Shown: positions 57,801-64,000 of the stretch, in pieces
How the letters are laid out: each line of letters begins with the position of its first letter
Position numbering within the stretch: the stretch's first letter is position 1
Assembly: GCA_965649825.1 (NCBI GenBank)
Contig: OZ287696.1
Location: 62,001-126,000, forward strand
Origin: Penicillus capitatus
Taxonomy: Eukaryota; Plantae; Chlorophyta
DNA length: 64,000 nt
Direction: 5' to 3'
Program-made: the position numbers and the translations under genes
Notes under the pieces: model-generated
What the model was told of the DNA's origin: nothing
What the model saw: the letters and a program-made list of their open reading frames with translations, nothing else
Databases searched by the model: none

Positions 57801-60634
57801 TGAGGTATGCCTGACGAACTGCTCAATTACATTGCCCACTCAAACTGGCGTTTTGGATGTCACAGTGTCGACTGCATCGGTCTCTGCTTGAGAAAAGAGC
57901 GAGAACACTATCGACTCAGCCTTTTGAAGTAGACTACCGAAGCTGGTCCCCTTTGGCATCCATAGCTTCTCTGTTGAAATGATCTCTCTCTAGGTGTGTT
58001 CGAGTGAGGTATTGGTCTTACGGACATTTGAGAACGGAGCTTTGTAACAGGGGCCTCACGCAGTCGACAGTACATTGCTCGTTCAGTCTTGTAAACTACG
58101 AAGATGAAGAAAAAAACGTACGACGAGGTGATGAATGCCCTGATAATCAAGACTTCTCTGAGAAGTGTATTTTCATCGGGTAAGGATGCTTCGCAACCTT
58201 CCATTCCACTGTTTGCAATGGCAATGCGGGATTCAATCTCTGTCGTGCCGCAAAAGCGAAGGAACCGGATTCGGGATATATGCAGAAAGATTTCTTCCTC
58301 ATAAGATTGGAAGTCAGATTGAAACTCCAGGACAATGAACGCTGGACATCGTCCATCACGCGAAAGACAGCCACATGCACGGTACACCCTTTTCTTCTTA
58401 GACGCAACGAACTCCGATTCGTGCAGTGGAAACTCAAAAATCTGAAAATGATGAGTCCATCGGAGTTGCGATCCGCAACATTTCAGATTAGACAGACAGA
58501 ATGGTCCGTCTACGATTCCGTAGCTGTTAATGCCTTCCCGACTGCTCATGTCTCTTCAGGTATCTTGTTCTTTTTCCGAATGGCCATAGTGCTCTGTCGG
58601 AAGACTTTGGCATATACCTTTTCAATGCACGAGACAATCCTATTCGCACCAAAACCGAGATCCGAGCAATTAATACGAAGTCTTCGAAGGCGACTTACAA
58701 AGACAAGGTGGCATGTAAGACGTGCCTGTCGCCGATCATCCTGATTCTAAAACGTCTCTTTCTCAGCGTTTAAAGATATTATCGATGGAGACAGCGGTTT
58801 GGGATTTTCTCAGTTCCTGACGACCGATGAGTTAACGGACAGCTCACACGGTTTTTTGAATCAGGGCTGGATCACATTCGTTATCAAACACACAGTCCTG
58901 GACGTGGATACTATACCACAGTGTGCGTCTTGCAAGGACGACCCTACGAGCTCCGTCCGCCACCAAAACACGTAAGAACTGCTTTTCATTGACACATGTC
59001 AAATGCCTTGTTGACAGAAAACACCTCTGTTACTGCACTCCCTGTGCAAAGAAGCTGCAGGAGGCATTGGATGATAAACAGGAGATCAAGTGTCCAGTGT
59101 GTGAAGAATTGGTGGAGAGAGTCATCAGGAACGATGGTCTGTGCTTCGAGCAGTGTCCAAAATGTCACATCGACCCAACATGCGCCGTTCGTCATGGCAA
59201 CACGTACTTGCACTTCTCTCCAAACCATGTTTTATCTCCCAGTGTCTCAGAAAGCATTTGTGTTACTGCCACGACTGCGGAGCAAATTTGGACAGAAGGG
59301 TGAAGGCACGTCAGAATCGGGAAAGGCAATTCATGAGTACAGCTCCATGGAAGTCAGTGATCGTCAGAGAAGAGACGGTGCAGTGTCAGTCATGCAAAGC
59401 CGACGGTCCTACATGTTCTGTAGGACATGCAAACATGTGAGATCATACTCTCCTAATGCCCTTACTTTATATACTGTCATTTCAGTCGTCATATGTGCTA
59501 CTGTACGGCTTGTGCATCTACCAAACTGGGTGAAAAGCTCTTTGGAAAGAGCCAAGTCAAGTGTCCCGTGTGTCAAAGAGAGGCGGAGCTGATCTTTTTC
59601 GAAGATACCTCTAATGAAAAGCATCACAGTTTGCGCAAATGCAAGAGTGCGATATTCTCTCGCCATCCGGCAGAAGAGTTTATCACGACGGAAAACAGTG
59701 AGACATCGAAACATCAAGACCCGACAGACCAGCCAGTCAAGAAAGAGGCAACGAACGATAAAGAAGCACGTGGGCTGCGCAGATGCAAAAGTGCAACATT
59801 CGATCACGAAGGGCCGTGCCCGATCTGTGAAGTCGATTTATCATGTGCTGCCAGACACGGCTATGCGTAACGGTTTCTCATCTGCTACAGTTATTCTATT
59901 CTTCCATGTGAACAGGATGCATCTCCACTACTGCACCAAGAGTGGCGAGGAGCTTGCCAGAAGACTGGAGTACATGCGATCTCGCTTATGTCCACGTTGC
60001 CGACAACCAGTGGAACGCGTCATTATGAATGCTGCTCCCTGGAAAGCGATTTCGCTCGAGGTGAAGATCGAAACGTGCCAAGTGTGCAAGAAAAAACCGC
60101 CCGTCTGTTCTGCACTCCACGAAGACAGGTCCGTCGCCAGGTTTATAACTTTATCATCACGTGTACTGCTGAAACAGAAGACATCGATGCTATTGCAAAG
60201 ACTGCGCTCAAGAAGAACTCAAGAAGATGCTCTTGGAGAAGAAAAAGATCCTATGCCCTGTGTGTCAAGGGACTGTCACAAGAATCGTCATGAACGATAC
60301 CACCGACGAAGATCATGCTCTCCGTTTGCGTAGATGCAAGAGTGCGGCTTTGGCTCGGGAGATGTCAACAGAGACATTTCCCACAAAGGGGATGAAGCGC
60401 CTTTGCTCTCCGGAATGGACGGATCAAGCCATCGCGGCAGATACACTGCCAAAAGAAGAGAAAGCGCCGGAGCTCCGCAGATGCAAGAGTGCCGTAGGAC
60501 GCATGATCGGTGAAGGCGACTTGTACCTGGACCAATCGGTCAAACCACGCAGATGTCAGAGTGTTGAAGAGCCAATGCTCACGAAAGACTTCACTGAGGA
60601 CAACGGTCTGCGCAGATGTCAAAGCACAGCGTAA
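54829..60634 (+). CDS. Intron-rich protein with about 6 MATH/TRAF domains (3 tandem pairs) followed by 5 MDM2-type C2H2C4 RING fingers; start codon tentative
   Basis: MATH hallmarks repeated: ATYE|WRI, FSFTLVN, GYVKDDLFMLRL, FLNDGWL, GFVKDGWIVFDIKITV, GLGFSQFLTTDEL..GFLNQGWITF. RINGs: CxxC-x4-5-[CS]-x2-3-H-x3-4-H-xx-C-xx-C...CPxC. Stop at 60634. Confidence 0.8.
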
Positions 60635-62363
60635 GTCGCTGGGAGCGGCATAAAACCAACGATTCGTAATTCGATGTCTCAATACTATTGCAGAGTTGCT
60701 TCATTCTTAAAGTGTTCACAGAATTGTCAGATCAAAGGGATGAACTGTTCAGAGGGTTTGTTGTGTTTGTATTGCACATACAGGGAAGGGCATGTCACAT
60801 CTTTGGCAGGTTATCTTGATCTGCCTATCGAAACAACTGATCATGCTTTGCATCAAGGCCATTTGATTCGTAAGCGAACTTGTTTTCTCTCAATCGGAAA
60901 TGTTCAATTGAATCTTTTTTTTTTTTTGTTGTTGGAACACCCACTGACAAAATTCTACAAAGGTGAATTTTGTCAGTGGGTGGTGTCTATGTTTATCTGC
61001 TTACTTGCCTTATCGTCGTGTTTGCAGAACAACTCGAGTCAGGCATTATGACATTCAACAAACACCTTTTCGTTTCTCGACAGTCTCATCCGCCTTTGTA
61101 TGAACTTGTTACTTGATTTGACACCTTACGGCATAGCGGCTGGTGTAATGAAAGGCCATCCAAAAGATTAATGGCATCACGAAACTGTCCAGCGTTCCAG
61201 AAGCGGTCTTCGTTGCTGGTTTCATCACATCCCGCGTCAGTGGTCGACATTCGACTGCAACGTCCACACGGACTCAGCAACAACGATCGATCAGCCGTCA
61301 CAGTTACCTGCAACAGAAAGCAAATCATGTGCCTGACGTTTCTGGAGTGATGCACATTTCAGTCTAGTGTTCCTTTGTGTCATTCATTCAATCTCAGCCA
61401 TTTCTCTTTTGTGGCTCTACTGCCGTTACTATCGTCGAATGTTCGATACGACGTCATTGCATAACAAAGATTCACAGATAACTGGCAGTTCGTCCTATCG
61501 GCAATCGACATGCAGCAGTCTATAATAGTCTATTAAGAAATATGCTGCATCCAAATAGTCGCTCCGGTTTCAAAGCTAACACCAGGACTGCATTTGATCA
61601 TCGTCTCAATCGTTCACCACAGTCTCGTGTACACCTGCATGCTGCACTTCAAACCTGAAGCTGATGGCGAATCCCCACGGACGGTAATATCAACCAATCA
61701 GGACATTTTTCAAACGCAGCACAACTTGCGTTTTTATGACGGCACAGTTGTTCGCACAATGTCGACGTTTCCATGGAAACCCCACTCAGTGAACAAATTC
61801 GCGACGCGCGAGAAATTCGTCGTCAGGAACTAATCTGACAAAAGACTGGACATCTTTCTTCTTGGTGACCCCGCAAGCCAAGGGACAGCGTCTCACTGTG
61901 CGACTTGTCTCGTTTCTCCATCTAACTTACGACGGGGTAGAGATCTTCGCAAGCTACATGTAAGGCAAACGAACAGAAAACTGTACAACCGAGAAGATGA
62001 GTTGTCTTCCGCCAACAGCTTGACTCAACGCGCCGTTGGCTGTAAAAGTGCAAACGTGGTGTTTCTGAACAAGACAGCTGGGACACGGAACGACGCGGTG
62101 TTTCTCGCCATTCATTTCGACAAATCAGCAGACGGGTTCATTACATCGAGATGTCTGCTAAATGGTTAGTGTCAAGATCATCGCCTGTGGCAGAAGGACA
62201 CAATACAGGCTGTCAAAAGAAAACAAAAATGATTCATTGCCTTGTGGATCCACAAGACTTCTCATCATCAAGAAAAGAAAAAAATCCATGCGCAAAAACA
62301 CAACCACTAGCGCACATCCTTCAATTAAGACAGTAGCAATCAGGAAAGCGCTAAACAAGCGGT

Positions 62364-62934
62364 CTAAGCAAGATTCAAGGCCGGAGAATGGTCGGCCGGG
62401 TCCTCCACGTCTGGCGCATCGTCGACCGGGTCCTCCACGTCTGGCGCATCGTCGGCCGGGTCCTCCACGTCTGGCGCATCGTCGGCCGGGTCCTCCACGT
62501 CTGGCGCATCGTCGACCGGGTCCTCCACGTCTGCATCGTCGGCCGGGTCCTCAACGTCTGCATCGTCGGCCGGGTCCTCAACGTCTGCATCGTCGGCCGG
62601 GTCCTCAACGTCTGCATCGTCGGCCGGGTCCTCGACGTCTGGTGCATCGTCGGCCGGGTCCTCAACGTCTGGTGCATCGTCGGCCGGGTCCTCAACGTCT
62701 GGTGCATCGTCGGCCGGGTCCTCCTCGTCGATAGCGTCTGGTGTATCGTCAGGTTCGCTCGGCTCCTCCTGTAACAATTCCTTGCGTGGGGTTTCGAGGA
62801 TATCTTGCATGGCTACACATGGGTACGATATAGACAAACACAACGGAAGTGTGCGTCTTACGTCGAGCTGAGACGTGGAACAGAGCAAAAGCAGCGAAGA
62901 CCAAAAAGATAACCAACTTCTGCCCGCGAGCCAT
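62364..62934 (-). CDS. Secreted Asp/Glu-rich repeat protein, (EDP[A/V]DDA[P]DV)n
   Basis: MARGQKLVIFLVFAAFALFHVSAR signal, phase-1 intron gtaag...tgtag, then about 12 copies of a 30/24 bp unit (about 62390-62730). Confidence 0.75.
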
Positions 62935-64000
62935 GACAACTGCTTTTCTTCGAAAAACAAGACAAGGACTTGCAAAAGCGCAGAGATCTTCGAAAACAAG
63001 ATAGGCTACAAAAACGCAAGAAAGTGTTCGAGGCAGAAAACAACCTCGAATTTATACGCCTGAAACGCGAAGCAACACGTGGTCTTCGCTGCCATGTAGC
63101 TGCAAGACGACACTTGTCAGGGAGCTTCGCTGATCCAAATCATCGGTCTGTTCGCGGATTCTGCGGCCAATGTCGCATTTCGTTCCACCCAGCGAAAATT
63201 TCTGTGGTCGATGAGCGAAGCGTTTCGGGCAAAGGTCGCATCTCGTTGTATCTGATCGGCACCTGGTCGATTTTTCGGTCGAGTCGCTTCCTATCACATG
63301 TCGCACGGGTCATGTCACCACGTGGCAGCACTTCGGGTGTCTCCGCCAACCGATTTTGCGTTCGAGGTCTTCACAAGGCACGACGCGATGAAGCATTCAG
63401 CTTACTAAGCGAAAGCGGCAGCAGCAGTTGCAGTCCATGTGTCTGTTTTGTTGTTCAGCGGCCTCGTGTGCTCGCTCTCGGCAAACCTTTGTTGACTTCA
63501 TCCTCGTGACTAAATTGTCTGAGCAGTCGACCAACGCGTGCTTACCGCAACACAGCTGCACGACGAAAGGTCGCTCGGGAAACTCCGTGGACACTAAGAA
63601 AGCCATGCGTGTTCCATTCCCAGCCACTTTAATGGCTCAGACGGGTTTGCTGCTCCTCTCAGAGAACCGTACCTGAAAGACAAGCGTTCTCGCTGCAACG
63701 ACGGGCATGTCGTCTTCGTCGCGCTCTGGCACTCGTCGTCGGCCTCGATTTCTCCCACCTAGCAACCGCAGACGCAGACGTAACGTGCCTTGTTAGGACA
63801 TTAACTTCTGTGGTTGTCGAGGCACGTTTTCAAACCTGTAGGGCGACGTGTAAGACCGCGGCCATCTTTGTGGTCCGTTGTCTACTGCCGTTTGAGGGCG
63901 TTTCGCCCGAGCATGTCGCCCAGCAGCATCTCGATCAAGATTATTTGTTCGCGTCCATGTGAACACCGGATGTTGTGTTTAAAGATCTGCGATTTGCGAG

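Noticed and set aside
60674-62200. Short ORFs downstream of the MATH-RING gene
   Set aside because: No recognisable motifs or consistent exon chain.
62162-62774. Plus-strand RRPGPPRL(A)H repeat ORF
   Set aside because: Antisense shadow of the Asp-rich repeat gene, whose minus-strand frame has the signal peptide and intron.
63000-64000. Possible gene at the window end, and TGTTAGGAC at about 63790 matching the LTR A terminus
   Set aside because: No interpretable protein, and no further LTR similarity beyond 9 bp.

Overview
Nuclear DNA of a compact green-lineage (most likely chlorophyte) alga: plastid-targeted genes, many tiny (~35-65 nt) GT-AG introns and the standard genetic code. All identifications are from my own reading and recall of family motifs; no searches were run. 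The left part (3-17 kb) is a transposon and pseudogene nest: two related non-LTR (LINE) elements, two solo LTRs of one family with target-site duplications, an internally deleted Ty3/gypsy remnant, and broken PHT4;5 and zeaxanthin epoxidase copies. The middle is dense housekeeping sequence (tRNA-Val, Stm1/HABP4, DCAF11/LEC14B, DUF1995, plastid RPL15, TFB4, RPH1, DUF3605, PyrP2-like HAD). Scattered through the window are secreted proteins: two giant multi-Kazal paralogues (24 and 13 domains, one with a 14 x 180 bp near-perfect array), a pair sharing an unrecognised 8-Cys domain, and several very acidic proteins. Best leads: (1) an ATG-less reading frame inside the LTRs with a strong synonymous-substitution signature; (2) a gene with about six MATH domains, five MDM2-type (C2H2C4) RING fingers and six LRRCKS-type motifs; (3) the 9-mer TGATGTGAC, about 35-fold over-represented, found in introns in both orientations, near start codons and just upstream of LTR TATA boxes.
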